Shown: positions 13,111-26,082 of the stretch, piece after piece
Position numbering within the stretch: the stretch's first letter is position 1
Layout of the letters: each line of letters starts with the position of its first letter
Assembly (NCBI RefSeq): GCF_000315625.1
Contig: NW_005434628.1
Coordinates: 371,846 to 435,845 of the forward strand
Source of the DNA: Guillardia theta CCMP2712
Lineage: Eukaryota > Protista > Cryptophyta
Direction of reading: 5' to 3'
DNA length: 64,000 bases
Made by a program: the position numbers and the translations under genes
Notes under the pieces: generated by a model
What the model saw: the letters and a program-made list of their open reading frames with translations, nothing else
What the model was told of the DNA's origin: nothing
Databases searched by the model: none

Positions 13111-15392
13111 ATGGCAGCGGATCGGAGATGTTTGGCGACGTTGGCGCTTGCCATGGTCGCTGTGTGCAGAACTAGCGCTTATGCTCCTTCAGTGATGGTG
13201 AGAGATGGAATGTTTCCTGTCATGTTGAGTCTGATAACATCTATGTGTGTGTGTTTGGTGACTTGAAGAATTAGTTGGAATATTGTGATCATTCTTGATG
13301 TGAAGTCCAACCAGCATAAAAATTGTGTCTGCTGACAGAGACATGTGTATGGTTTCTCGTTTGAAATGGTTTTTAATCTTCAACGCTGTCTGCACACTCA
13401 CTGGTGCTGTAGCCTGGCCTCCAGCGGGTTAGAACCAAGGGAGCTGGACTTCAAGGTAGGATGCGCTTGTTCACAGGAATCCCGCATTCCAGCAGAGCAA
13501 ATCTCTCCCCGGCATTGCGAATGTCTGATGGGAAAGCGTCAACAAGCTCCGAAGTCGACTTTGTCGTCGTTGGTTCTGGTCTTGGCGGCCTCAGTGCCGG
13601 TGCGCTACTGGCAAAGTACGGGTACGACGTCACTGTCTGCGAGTCCCACTATCATCCTGGAGGGTGTGCGCATGGCTTCGAGATCAAGGACAAGAACTCG
13701 GACGACATCTTCAAGTTCGATGCTGGGCCGTCCCTGTGGGCCGGCATGTCTGAGCCTTCAACGAACCCGCTTCGGCAGGTGATGGATGCTGTTGGGGCAC
13801 AGGTAGAGTGGAAGAAGTACGACGGGTGGGGAGTGTACTTCCCCGATGGGTACTTCCGGTTCAACGTTGGGCCTTCCGATCAGGCTGGAGGCTTCGAGGA
13901 CGTGATAAGAAAGTTTGGAGGGCCCGGTGGAAGCATCCAGGAATGGAAGAAACTACAAGAGATTATCAAACCTCTGATCCTCGCTTGTACCACTTTCCCT
14001 CCGATGGCCCTCCGAGCCGACCTTGGCGTGCTCAAGACGCTGTCCAAGTACCTTCCTACATTCCTCTCCTTTGGACCAGCCGCGGCAACGATCAACGGGC
14101 CCTTCTCGGCAGTGATGAAACAGGCGGGGATTAGGGAGGGGACCTTTCTTTGGCGATGGCTGGACTACCTCTCCTTCGCTCTCAGTGGGCTCCTGGCGGA
14201 CGGGACCATCTGTGCTGCTGTCTCCTACACCCTGGGGGATCTGCACAGGAAGGGATCACTGCTGGACTATCCTGTGGGAGGAAGCGGCGCAGTTTGTGAG
14301 GCCCTTGTCCAGGCGATGGAGAGGAATGGAGGAAAGCTCCTGCTCAAGACTCCCGTGCAGGAGATCCTGATCAAGGATGGCCGAGCGGCGGGGGTGATCA
14401 CCAAGGGGGGGGACACCATCCTCGCTCGCAAGGGCGTGATCAGCAACGTGCCGGTCTGGTCGCTCCCCAAGCTGCTGCCCGACGAGTACTCGACCTTCTC
14501 CTTCGGGGGCCTGTGGCAGGAGAACCACAACACCAGGGGTCTCAAGGAGGATTTGAAGAAGACGCCGCAGACAGAGAGCTTCATGCACCTCCACCTAGGT
14601 ACTCCCGTTGCTGCCTTTCCTCTTGACCCGTCCTCCCTCCCTCCCTCCCTCTCTCCCTCCCTCCCTCTCTCCCTCCCTCCCTCTCTCCCTCCCTCCCTCC
14701 CTCCCTCCCTCCCTCTCTCCCTCCCTCCTCTCTTGGGACTGACGCGCTTCGAAGGGATCGATGGCAAGGACCTCAAGGACCTCGACATCCACTACACGGT
14801 GACTCGCTGACTCCTGGAGGAGCTGCAGCTGACGGAGGCTTTGCAGGTGATCAACGAGTGGGAGAGCGGCATCGACGCCCCCGGCAACATGATTGTTATC
14901 TCCATCCCCACCGTCCTTGATCCTTCCCTCGCCCCTCCAGGCAAGCACGTCGTCCACGCCTACACCGCCGGCAACGAGCCCTACGACCTGTTCGAGGGGA
15001 TGGACCGGAACTCGGACAAATACAAGCAGCTCAAGAAGGAGCGAGCGGAAGTCCTGTACAAGGCTGTCGAGAAGGTCATCCCAGACCTCAGGGACAGGAT
15101 CCAGGTCGAGCTCGTCGGTTCTCCCCTCACGCACGAAAGGTATCTCAGGAGGCCCCAGGGCACCTACGGCCCGGCATGGCGAGCAGGCAAGAACTTGTTC
15201 CCCGGGCCCGGGCTTGCCAAGGTACCTGGCCTCCTCTGCTGCGGCGACAGCGTGTTCCCGGGGATCGGAGTCCCTGCTGTGGCGGCGTCGGGGCTAACGG
15301 CAGCGAACAGCATGGTGTCGGTAGGGGAGCACGTGGAGCTCTTGCAGGAGATGAAGAAGGGAGGGCTGATGCCAGATCAAGTGATGGTCTGA
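13111..15392 (+). CDS. Plastid-targeted carotenoid isomerase-like (CrtISO/phytoene desaturase superfamily) FAD oxidoreductase
   Basis: Exon 1 (13111-13197, MAADRRCLATLALAMVAVCRTSAYAPSVM) splices GT..AG in frame to 13413. Motifs: DFVVVGSGLGGL (FAD), FDAGPSLWAG, YPVGGSGAVCEALV, PTVLDPSLAPPGKH, GSPLTHERYL, CGDSVFPGIGVPAVAASG. Confidence 0.85.
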
Positions 15393-15845
15393 GTCCGGGC
15401 CCGGGACCGGACTCTCAGGCTCCGATCAGGCTCGGAGGGCTTGTATCTAGCTCATGTACTTCATAAACTTAGTAAAGATGATGATCAGACCAACTTAGAC
15501 CTCAGTGCCGGCACTGCAGTGCCGCATGCGCGGCCGTACGGTACGCCGGTGGAACTGCCGCCCGTGACGAGACTCGGAGAGTCACATACTTCAACAGAGT
15601 CCGATCACAGTGACCCTCAGACTCTGGCCCAGGCTCGCGTAAGTTCTGGGATTCAAAGAACCCCCCGCCCGGCAACTAGCTCGGAGAGATCGCCAGTCAG
15701 GCTCCCCGCGTACGGTCCTGTTGGGAGTCGAGTCGTAACTCGAGGAGACACCGGGCCGACTGACAGTGAGTCGGTGAACCGGCCCGGAGTCAACTCTGCC
15801 AACCGCTGCCACTCGCGGCCTCCGAGAGTCACGCGCTAGGCCCTT
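15393..15845. promoter_or_regulatory. CCGG/GAGTC/GTACGG-word intergenic island
   Basis: Starts immediately after the CrtISO-like stop codon; same vocabulary as the other islands. Confidence 0.35.
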
Positions 15846-16859
15846 GTATGGTGAGATGCTGATCATAGTACACGATTCGTTCCAGCACCGGCAAATGCCG
15901 TGCAGTACCAGCGGGTCTTCCTGGTAGCCTGGTAGTGTGAAGTTAACAACTCTAGTACCAGGTATACGATTGAGTAAAGTTCATATTTGGTACAACTTGA
16001 CAGCTGTGGCTGGTCAAGTTAACAACGATTGGGTTCGCAAACAGCCTGAGGGGTGGGTGGTAACTCTGGTACTATTCGATGGATTCGGAGGGGTAGTGAG
16101 TTGGCACAATACGGACTAGAGTGATGACTGGGCAGCGGAATGAGGGAATGCGAGAGGGGGAGGGAAGGGAGGGAAGGGAGGGAAGGGAGGGGACGCTGAG
16201 AGAGGGAAGAGACGATGAAGATGTGATGTGAAGATGGTGGGGGAAGAAGAAAGAGAGGAGGAGAAGCGCGGTGAGATCGAGCGGAATGGAGAAGTGGAAA
16301 TAGAAATATGTTTGAGAAAATTGGATAGGGCGAGGAGAGAAAAACTGCATTGTTTTTCAAAATATTTTCAAAAGGAGACGAGCTCTGCCCAATGATACGT
16401 ACGATTGAAGACAACGAGGGCAAAGGCTGCCGTGGGAGAGAAAAGGAAGATGTTTGTACTTGTAGACAACAAGAGTGCGTTTTGTTGTTTCAGCATAATC
16501 ACGCGTTAGATGGAAATTCCTTCTAGCATCTCTGATAATCCTGATGTCTTTTTCGCTACTGGCTCATTCGCAAGTAGCTGTATGTCCGCCTTCTCACTAG
16601 TCTTGTCATGTCTTCAACCTTTCCTTGTTGACTTTCTTTACTCACTTGCCTGTGTCAACCTTTCTTTGTTCACCTCCCTTCCTCCTCTTTTGTATTTGAT
16701 CCTTTCATCCTTTTTCTGGAATTCCTCAGCTACATTTTTGTTTGGTCCTCATACCTCCTGTTGATTTCTAACCAACCATCTTCCTTTCTTCCCATGATCT
16801 TTGTTTCTCATTTTCTCTGATTGCCTTTCAAGCTCACCTTGTACAATGCATCACGGACA

Positions 16860-19094
16860 GAATCCAAAAATTCTCCACGGCATCGGGGTGAAGTTCAAGT
16901 CTCTTGCTCTTGCTGCACCTCTGATGGAAAACTTGTTGCAGTATGTCGCCAACGTACACAGCGAGTCTCTCCAGGCCTTGCTGGGGGAGGCGTTCTTCCT
17001 TCTGGGGAAGTTGTACATGCTCATGGATCGAGACCACGTCGGCCTCATCACCTTCCAGAACTTCGTCCACTTCTTGCACGAAGCAGGCATGTACGGGGAG
17101 CAGGTCAGACCAGACAGGGAGGGAGGGAGGGAGGGAGGGAGAGAGGGAGCTGACGTTGGATGGTGGCGCAGATTGGAAAGATGCAGAATATCTTTGTGGG
17201 AATGGATGTGGACAAGAACGGGACGCTCGACCTCGCCGAGTTCCTCTGCATGATGTACTCCTGGGGGAGCTCGGGCGAGAGCTTCGACAAGATGTTTGGA
17301 GGCTGCAAGGAGAACGCTGCTGTGGTCGACAATGCCTTCAGGATCATGAGCATGGCCTGGGCCAAGTACGACAGCGACCGGTCGCAGGAGCTGCAGTACT
17401 CCGAGCTGATCCACTTCCTGCAAGCTGAGCTGCCTGAGGCCTTTGCGTTCGCCTCCGCGGTCGTGGATGAGATCTACCCTGAGCAAGTCAGATCGGTACG
17501 TGATGTCGCTCCTTTCCTCCCTTCCCCCTCCTTCCCTTCCCTCTTTCCTCCCATCACTCCCATCCCTCGCTTCTCTCTCTCTCTCCCAAATCCTCCTTTT
17601 CCTCTCTCTCTCCTCGCTTCCCTTCCCTCCCAATCTGCTTCCCTGCCACCCTCATCGTTTTCCTTTGCAGGCACATCCTCTTTGTTTCCGCAGCTTCATG
17701 CACCTGTTGTGTGAGTTCAGACGAGCGTGCTGGGGGGGGGGGGGGTGACATCATGGTTTGCAGTCTTGCTCTTCCAGAGAATTCCGGGGAGCAAGCTCGT
17801 TCAGTTCGACGGGACGATCCACGAGGACAGCGACAAGGGAGGACAGGGACCAGAAAGCACAAAGTGGAAGCTGTATGCGTCTGCGTTTGCGGGCCTGGAA
17901 GGTGAAGAAGACGGGAGGAAGGAGGACGTGGAGGGGGGTGAGGGGGAAAGTGACAGGAGGATGGAGAAGAGGTAGAAGGAAGGAGGAGGGGAAAGATAGC
18001 AGAGGAGAGGAATGGTCCTAACTCTGATGATGCTGGGAAACAGTGGATTTCATCTCTTTGGACAGAACCAAGGACGGGATGATTGACATCACTGAGATCT
18101 GCCAGCTTGTCGATCTCCGCCCGACCTACGAGAAGCTTGACATCTTGACAAGATTGGAGCACAAGTTTCGCATGGTAGACATGAGACCATGTAGTGTCGG
18201 TGCATGCCTGCAAAGTGGAGGCTTGCTGTGTTGATGTTGAGATGATGATAAATGTCATAGTCCTCTCTTGATGTATGATAAGATGTACGCAGGTAGACGA
18301 GGACCGGAACAACACTCTCGACTTCTACGAGTTCGTTGCACTTGTAAGTGAAAGCTCGACATCTGACACCTTGGCTATCCCCCACCCTCTCACAATCTCA
18401 TGAAATCTCCCTTTGAGATCCTTAAACTCCTGCCGTTGGCTGGGAATGAGTGCAAGACAGGCATTTCTGATGGCTCAGGACGGAACTTACTCGGAGATGA
18501 TCCCGACATCGCAAGCTCGAGAGAAAATCTCCAGGATGTTCACAGTCATGACCGGCGACTACATTCAGCAGGTGCAGAGGAAGTGGCGATGATGATGCGA
18601 GGAGTGGAGCGACATGAGCGGGGAGAGAAGGGACGTTTCGAGAAAAGATTGTTGGCACACGAGGCGCAGATAGAAGCGTTTTCATGGTAGATACGAGTAT
18701 GACAGCAGGTACGAGTACGTCAGTAAGAGCAGCACCATGACTGGTTGTATGCTAGTAGTAGCTCTTGTAGATGGACTTCAGTGATGTTAAGAGGATGGGA
18801 TTGTTGACTAGTGGCGAGTGTTTGAGACCTCTACCATGCTGTAACGGTGTAGAATGAGAGTTCCTTTTCCTGCTCCTCGGGCATCACACCCCGAACTGAC
18901 CAGCAACCAGGACAAGAACAGGACGGGAGTCCTGACCAAAGATGGAGTCTCGGGATTCTTCAACTGCAGCTTTTCCATGGTCCCTGCCAGCCTCGACGGT
19001 GAGAAGGAGGAAGCGAAAAAGAAGGAGGGGAAGGAAGAGAGAAAGATGAGGAAGAGGAGAGAGAGAGAGGAGGAGAAGGGGAACAAGGAGGGGG

Positions 19095-19135
<41 letters not shown>

Positions 19136-20214
19136 GGAGAGGAAGGGTTTAGGTGTTTAGGTTGTGTCAGCTGCTGAGATTATTGCCAGCTCTATTTGAT
19201 GGGGCGGCTAAAGTCCACAGCCTCGATCCTTCTCAGAAGACCGTCGACATCGCTGGGCTCATCAAGATCCTTTACCACATCATCTTGCCAGGTCGATCCA
19301 TTATCAGCTGCCTCTCCTCACATCGTTCTCTCTTTCTCGTCTCATGTCCTCCTCCTCTCAATTTCTTTCTCCTCCTCTATCTCCACCATCACTCCTCCTT
19401 CTCCTACTCCTCCTCCTCCTCCTCTTCGTCGTCGTCGTCGTCGTCCTCCTCCTCCTCCTCCTCCTCCTCCTTCTCTTTTCAATTTCTCTCTTGCTACATC
19501 TCTTTCTCCTCCTCCTTTTCCTCCCGGTTTGACATGGAGGAATGTAGATGGTCAATTTGACATGGAGAAGTATCATCCCCAGCACAGCAAGATGGAGTTT
19601 GCGAGCGTTAAGCTCCCAGAGGCTACGACATCCTCAACTGAGAATGTAGCTCCTTGTTCTGGCTCTTCTTCACTGCTCTTCCCTGCTCCTCCTTGCTCCT
19701 TCTTCTTCCTCCTCCTCTCCCTCCTCCCAATCTCTTCCTCCTCCTCTCCGTACACGCAATTCATCTCCTTTACAAGCGTTGATCACAGAAGCGAGTCTCT
19801 CCAGTCATCAACAGCAAGTTTGTCAAGGGCAAGATGCTCGGGCAGGGAGGTCAGGGTGCTGTCTACCTTGGGAGCTACGAGGGAATCAAGGTAATGATGA
19901 TGATGATGATGATGATGTGGAGGAGGAGGAGGAGGAGGTGGAGGAGGAGGAGGAGGAGGAGGAGGAGGAGAGGGAGAAAGGAGAGGAGGAGGATGGAGAA
20001 AGGCGAGGGCAATGACAGAGAAGAGCAGGTCGCTGGCAAGGAAATGCTGGAAGGACCAACTCCACAAGTGTTGGAGGATCTGAAGAATGAGGTTCGTATG
20101 CTGGTCTTATGTTAGGTCTGATAGCGACCATGACATGTGTCAGTCGGGATAACGATGATCGAGTTGATGATAATCATAATCATGAGCATACTGAGCTTGA
20201 TGTCTGTGATGATG

Positions 20215-20246
<32 letters not shown>

Positions 20247-21288
20247 GATGGTGATGGTGGTGGTGGTGGTGGTGGTGATGCTATGGCATGCTTGTCATGA
20301 TGCGTTGGGAAGTGACAATCGTTGATCGAACAGGTGGATCTCCTCATGAAGCTCAACCATCCCAACTGTCACTTCCTTGTCGGAGCAAAGACTCACTCTG
20401 ATTCTGAAGGTTTTCCCCTCCTCCTGACGGAGGTAAGAGCTACAGCTGCTGTCGTCCTAGTTATGTCAATCATGTTTATCATCTTCTCCACCACTATCAC
20501 AACCATCATCATTGCTCCACATTTTCCTTCTACTTCTTCCTCTCCTTCTACCTCTTGTGCTTGTTCTCCTCTGCTACCTGGTTTTCTTCCTTTCCATCGT
20601 CTCCACTCTCCTTCTCACAACATCTCTACCAGGTTTGCGACGAAGGATCTATCTTCGATCTCTACGCAAAGAAGAAGTTGTTCTTCCCGGAGCAAGCTGC
20701 TGTAAAACTTGCCTCCTCTCCTCCCCTCCTCCTGCTCTGCTTCCTCGTCCCCCTCTCACATCAGTGCGCCAGTGGAGGTTCGGGTATGAATGCGCGGCGG
20801 GGCTGGAGCATCTCCACAGCTTCGGCTACATGCATCGCGACCTCAAGTCGCTTGTGAGTTCACTCGCAACCAACAGACATCATTGTCGAGCATCCTGTGA
20901 TCTTGTTTGACTTGTTCACCAGAACGTCTTCGTCACTTCCAACTTCGTTGCCAAGGTCGCTGACTTCGGCATGTAAGATGACATTCGTTCGGCGGTCCTG
21001 GCGCGTTTTGACGTTTTTCTTCCGTCAGGGCCACCAACGAGCCCACGGCCAGTGATCCTGCTGGGACCCCTCAGTGGATGGCCCCTGAGGTAAGAGACTT
21101 ACGACCGTGTCAAGTTGACACCCCCTTGTCAAACATGTCAACCGCTACTTGTCAAATACTCTGCCGTTCTCGCTCACGATCTGACAGGTTGCGATCAATG
21201 TCTTCGGCCAGAAGTCTGTTTACGACAAGGTGGAGAAGATGATGGTGTGCAAAGAGCGAAACTGACATCTCGTGTTTGTCTTGTTTTC

Positions 21289-21331
<43 letters not shown>

Positions 21332-21618
21332 CCTCCTGCTCCTCCTCCTCCTCCTCCTCCTCCTCCTCCTCCTCCTCCTTTTCTGCCTTTCTCTTCTTTC
21401 TACCTGCTCTACTTTCTCCGAGCAGCGATGCGACATCTACAGCTACGGTAAAACGCCTGCTTCTACTTGAACGCGACTTACGAATTTCCTCCAGGCATCA
21501 TGCTGTGGGAGTTCTACACCTGCTCCTGTCCTTATGCCGAGACTGGGATGCAGCAGATGGACATTGCCCTTGCGGTCATCTCCATCATCATCAAAAACAA
21601 CAACAACAACAACAACAA

Positions 21619-21684
<66 letters not shown>

Positions 21685-22189
21685 TGCAACCATCTTTCTC
21701 CCCTCCCCTCTTCTCTCCCCTCTTCTCTCCCCTCTTCCCTCTTCCTGATCTTTCCCCGCAGGTGATCAACCAGCAAATCAGACCCACCATGCAGATGAAT
21801 CCCAACTGGCACCTCGTTGACCCCACAGGAAATGCCAGGAAGCTCATTCAGCAATGCTGGAGCCAGTAAGACGCTCCTCTCCTCTCCTCTCTTCCCTCCT
21901 CTCCTTTCCTCTCCTCTCCTCTCCTCTCCTCTCTTCCCTCCTCTTCCCTCCTCTCCTCTCCTCTTCCCTCCTCTCCTCTCTTCCCTCTTCTCCTCTCCTC
22001 TCCTCTCCTCTCCTCTCCTCTCCTCTCCTCTCCTCTCCTCTCCCTCCTGACACCCTCCCCTTGCAGGAACCCGGCTGAGCGCCCGCCATCCTTCACCCAT
22101 ATCCTCGAGGTGTCTGCAGCACATGAAAGCAGCATGTTGATCCTGACGTCCTCTGCCAGGCTATGCGTCAGTTCGCTCCAGCTAGCTAG
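16860..22189 (+). CDS. Multi-EF-hand protein with C-terminal TKL-type protein kinase (5' end uncertain)
   Basis: EF loops DRDHVGLITFQN, DVDKNGTLDLAE, DSDRSQELQYSE, DRTKDGMIDITE, DEDRNNTLDFYE. Kinase motifs LGQGGQGAVY, VAGK, HRDLKSLN, KVADFG, GTPQWMAPE, DIYSYG, CWSQEPAERP. Stop TAG at 22187-22189. Confidence 0.8.
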
Positions 22190-22634
22190 GAGGGTCGAGA
22201 CTTGGACCTCTGCCATAGGGCAGTCTAAAGGTTTGAATGAAGGAATGAAGATCGTGTCGGATCCGCTCTTCTCATCTCCGCTCGTCTCTTCTCGTGAGCA
22301 GTCAGCGCATGCATATGCTCGATCTTGAAAGAAGAAATCATGCTTGAACGACATCGCAGCAATTGCGGAAAGGCCACGGATTGGGCGAGTGGACATGGTA
22401 TCGGGCACCTTGTAAACCTTTGTGAGAAGTTTGAGAAATCTACCGTTTTATTGTCAACACAAACTATCTTACACCATCATGATACTCCCAGCTTCCTCAA
22501 CACAACCTTTTCGAGGCCAGGAAGTAATTAAACCTGCAAAAGTTTGTTGGCGGCGAACTCAGTCGACGATCAGAGAGAGGAAGGGATGAGCAACACGACG
22601 ATCTGCAATCAAATTATAGGGAAGTCATATCGAT

Positions 22635-22893
22635 CATGAGCTTGATGCTCTCGAGCCTCTCCTTCTCCTTCCACTCTCCTCCTCTTCCTCTGCATCTGCT
22701 ACCAAGGCCATCGGAACCATTCCCATTCACCGCCTGTATGCTGTCTCTCCTCTTCTTCCACCTCCGCTTCCAGCGAGCCAGACTGGTCGCATGACGCTGC
22801 CTTTATGATGAGGAAGGGAGTTGTAACAGGCGCCATCGCTGCCAGCTTCAGCGCATGCAACACGTCTTCAGTTTCCCCCCCGTGATCCGACAT
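22635..22893 (-). CDS. Possible small acidic hypothetical protein (two exons)
   Basis: ATG-started ORF MSDHGGETEDVLHALKLAAM just downstream of a GC island; no homology recognised. Confidence 0.25.
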
Positions 22894-22929
22894 TGCGCTG
22901 AAGAATGATTCGCCATAACGGAAATAACG

Positions 22930-23620
22930 GTTTAGGCCGAGTCACTACCGCAAAACCGGCCGGGGGCCGCCGCCGGGGCCCGGACGGTGACCCGGGGCCC
23001 AACCGCGGACTGGCAGTGGGCCGGTCCCGGGGAGTTACGGTCCCGGAGGGCCGGGCGCCGGGCACCGGACTCACGGGCGACTTGTAAAACGCATCCGCGG
23101 GGCCGTCGGACTGCCGGCCCGGTGACGGCCCGGCCGTCCCGCCGCCGGGCCCAGGCGACCAGGGCCCGGCCGCAGCCGGGTGACCGTCCGATCTGTCCGA
23201 TCACTGTTGATCGGACCGCAGCGGCCTGCCCGGCCGGTACTAGGCTCAGACAGGTGATTCAGCTCCGATGATGATCCGACCATCGGATGATGGTACCGTA
23301 CGGCGAGACTGAGCCGCTGAGCGGCTGGCGGTGCTGGGGCCGGGCCGGGCTGCAGCCTGAGTGCCGGGCCCGGCCCCGGCGGCCAGTCACGACCGGGTGC
23401 CGCGTGCCGGTGTCGGACTCATGTACCGTAGTAGTGCCGCACTGCATCCCGGCGGGGTCGCCGTCAGATGGTTGCGCGCGGCCGCGCCGGCCGCCCGGCT
23501 CACTGGCCGCTTTGAGCCTGGCCTCGGAGGCCGCCGCCGCGCTCCCCGGGCCCCGGGCCCCGGCGGAGTCCCGACGCCGGTGCGGCCCGCCGCTCAGTGG
23601 CGGCTCCTCCTCAGCTCGAA
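22930..23620. promoter_or_regulatory. GC-rich CCGG-word intergenic island
   Basis: Very GC-rich; ccgg, ggcc, tgagcc and gtaccgta words; upstream of CLUAP1. Confidence 0.4.
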
Positions 23621-24325
23621 GGAACAAAACAAAAAACTAGACATATTTTTTCTTAAATTTGAATTTTGACTTTTTAAATGTACCGATTTTGAGTTAAGTA
23701 AATTAGTGTTTAGGTTCCTTTCCGCAAGCCGCGTCCTCAGGCAAACGAGGTTGGCACAAGGACAAGGGGTAGGTCTATACTTTGCCACCATGACTACGGG
23801 TAGTTACTAGTTACATTTTATACCTTTAGAGGGGTGGGGTAAGTTTCAAAATTTTAGTTTTCAGGGTGGGGTTGTAGAAGCGTTGGAGCAATGCTGCGCT
23901 TTGAAGCAGCCGATGGCAAGCGGCGGCGTGTGGAGAGAAGATGCAGGACAGGAGGGGAGAGGAGAACGTAGAAAATTATTCAGAGGAAGATTGGAAGGAG
24001 TTTGCCTTATGCAGAGGCAGAGACGGAGAGAGGAGAGGAGAGGAGAGGATAATGGAGAGGAGAAAGGAGAGGAGAAAGGAGAAGTGGGAGGGAAAGTCTT
24101 CACTGCAAAAGTGGATTGGAATGATGCACTACGATGCGAACAAACAGCAGGAATAAAATTTTTCTAGAGACAGATTTGGAACTATGGATAGCTCGAGATT
24201 GTTCACTGAGAAGCATCTACGCACTGCATTTTGGATCGGATAGGTTCCCTGTTAGAGTGATGGACTTGTGAGAGAGGTCGACCCACAGGTTGGAAGGGAA
24301 GAAGCTGTCTGACTTTGAGGAGCAG

Positions 24326-25809
24326 ATGTCGTACCGAGAGCTGAGAAACTTCACGGAGATGATGCGAGCCCTGGGGTATCACCGTCCTGTCTCTGTTGAG
24401 AACTTTCGGAACCCCAACTTCGAGTTAGTCGCCGACATCTTGCGATGGCTGGTGAAGCGGTACGAGCCGATGGCAGACATCAATGCAGAAGTTGGGAACA
24501 TGCAAGACCGCGTCGTCTTCCTGAAGCAGTGTGCACAGCTGATGCAATCTAAGGGAAGGATCAAGCTCAACACCAAGAGGCTGTACCAGGCTGACGGGTA
24601 CGCTGTGAAGGAGCTCATCAAGATAGCCAACGTGCTCTATGACGCAATCAAGTCGAACCCTGACGACGAAGACGACATCTTCGGTACTGACAACTTCTCG
24701 CTGAAGCTCAACGACCTCAAGGACATCCGCGACCTCGCCACTGAAATCACCCAGCATGGCGCCGCTCTTGCCGAGCTGCTCGGTAGGGAGGAGGCGAACA
24801 GGGAGGCGCGGCAGCGGGCAATCTCAAGGAACGCGGAGGTAGGAGACATCGAGAAGGTGATCAAGCAGCAGATCTTAGCAGCGAGAGACACGATGGCGAA
24901 CAAGGAGAAGATGATGGAGGAACTTCTGGCAGACGAGAAGTCGCTCAAGAAGAAGATCGAGAAGAAGAGTGTGGAGCTCGACAGGAACGAGAAGAGGTTT
25001 CGCTCTCTCCAGACTGTCCGCCCCGCGTTCATGGACGAATACGAGAAGCTGGAGGACCAGCTGCAGGATCTGTTCCGCGACTACTTGGAGAGGTATCGGA
25101 ACCTCGACTACATCGACAACCTGCTCGACCAGCACAACAAGGAGGAGCAGGAGAAGATTGACGAGAACGAGCGGAGGATGAAGAAGATGCAGAAGAAAAT
25201 CAAAGAGGAGGAGATGCGGGTGCTAAGAGGCGATGTGCAGCTCGACGAGAACGAGCTCGACGACTCCCTTCTGGATGACGCCTCCTCGGACGAGGAGCAG
25301 AACTTCAAGCGAGGAGGGAGTTCGGAGGGAGAACGGCCCAAGACCAAGTCTGGGCCTCGTTCCAATGTGCAAGGAACTCTGACAGGAGGGGACGAGTCGA
25401 ACTCGGCAAGCGACCAAAGCTCGTAAGATTGGTTGGGGGTTGAGGGGGGAGGAGAGGGAGAGGGAGGGGGAAGGGTGGAAAAGGATGGAAGCGGAGCGGA
25501 AGGAAGGTGAGGGGGTGGGGATGGGGGAGTAGGAGAGAGTCGAGGATTTGGAAGTCTTAGTTTGTCTTTGCAGGTCGGACGTGGACTCGGGAGAATTGCT
25601 GGATGTGGATAGTGACCAAGACAGCAACTCAGGCAATAGCGGTGCTGCCCCATCACTCCCTCCTTCCCTCCCTCTCTCACCGTCCGCCTGTCCGTCCGTC
25701 CGCCTTCTTCCTTCTCTCGCTCCCTCCCTCCAGCTGATGTTGAGCTGCAGATGTCTCCATCTCAGATGATGGATCCGTCAACTCAGGCTCATCGGGATCG
25801 ACGTCGTGA
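24326..25809 (+). CDS. CLUAP1: Intraflagellar transport protein IFT38 / clusterin-associated protein 1
   Basis: Characteristic N-terminus MSYRELRNFTEMMRALGYHRPVSVENFRNPNFELVADIL, plus KLNTKRLYQADGYAVKEL and VRPAFMDEYEKLE; acidic tail in two short 3' exons. Confidence 0.93.
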
Positions 25810-26082
25810 GGCTTCGCCCACAGGGAGGGGGGAAGAAGGGAGGCTGAGGGAGGAGTATAGATGGAGGACGAGAAGAGGGAAAGGGGGAAGGAGACAGGGA
25901 GGGAGAGGGGAGGGATGGGAGGGAGAAGGGAAGAGCAAGGAACGTGTGTAGACGTAGAGGGTTTAGGAGCGAATCCGAGGTAGAGGAAATGGAGAGGAGT
26001 ATGCAGGAGGAAGTGAAAGGAAGGATGAGAAGCGGCGGAGGTGGAATGTTAGTAAAGTTCTTTTATTGGTTACAACATGAAA

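Noticed and set aside
22868-23669. R/G/P/A-rich ORFs in GC islands (also 5.2-5.6, 12.8-13.1, 47.8-48.1 and 57.9-58.8 kb)
   Set aside because: They arise from stop-codon depletion in very GC-rich DNA; no coding-like composition or homology.
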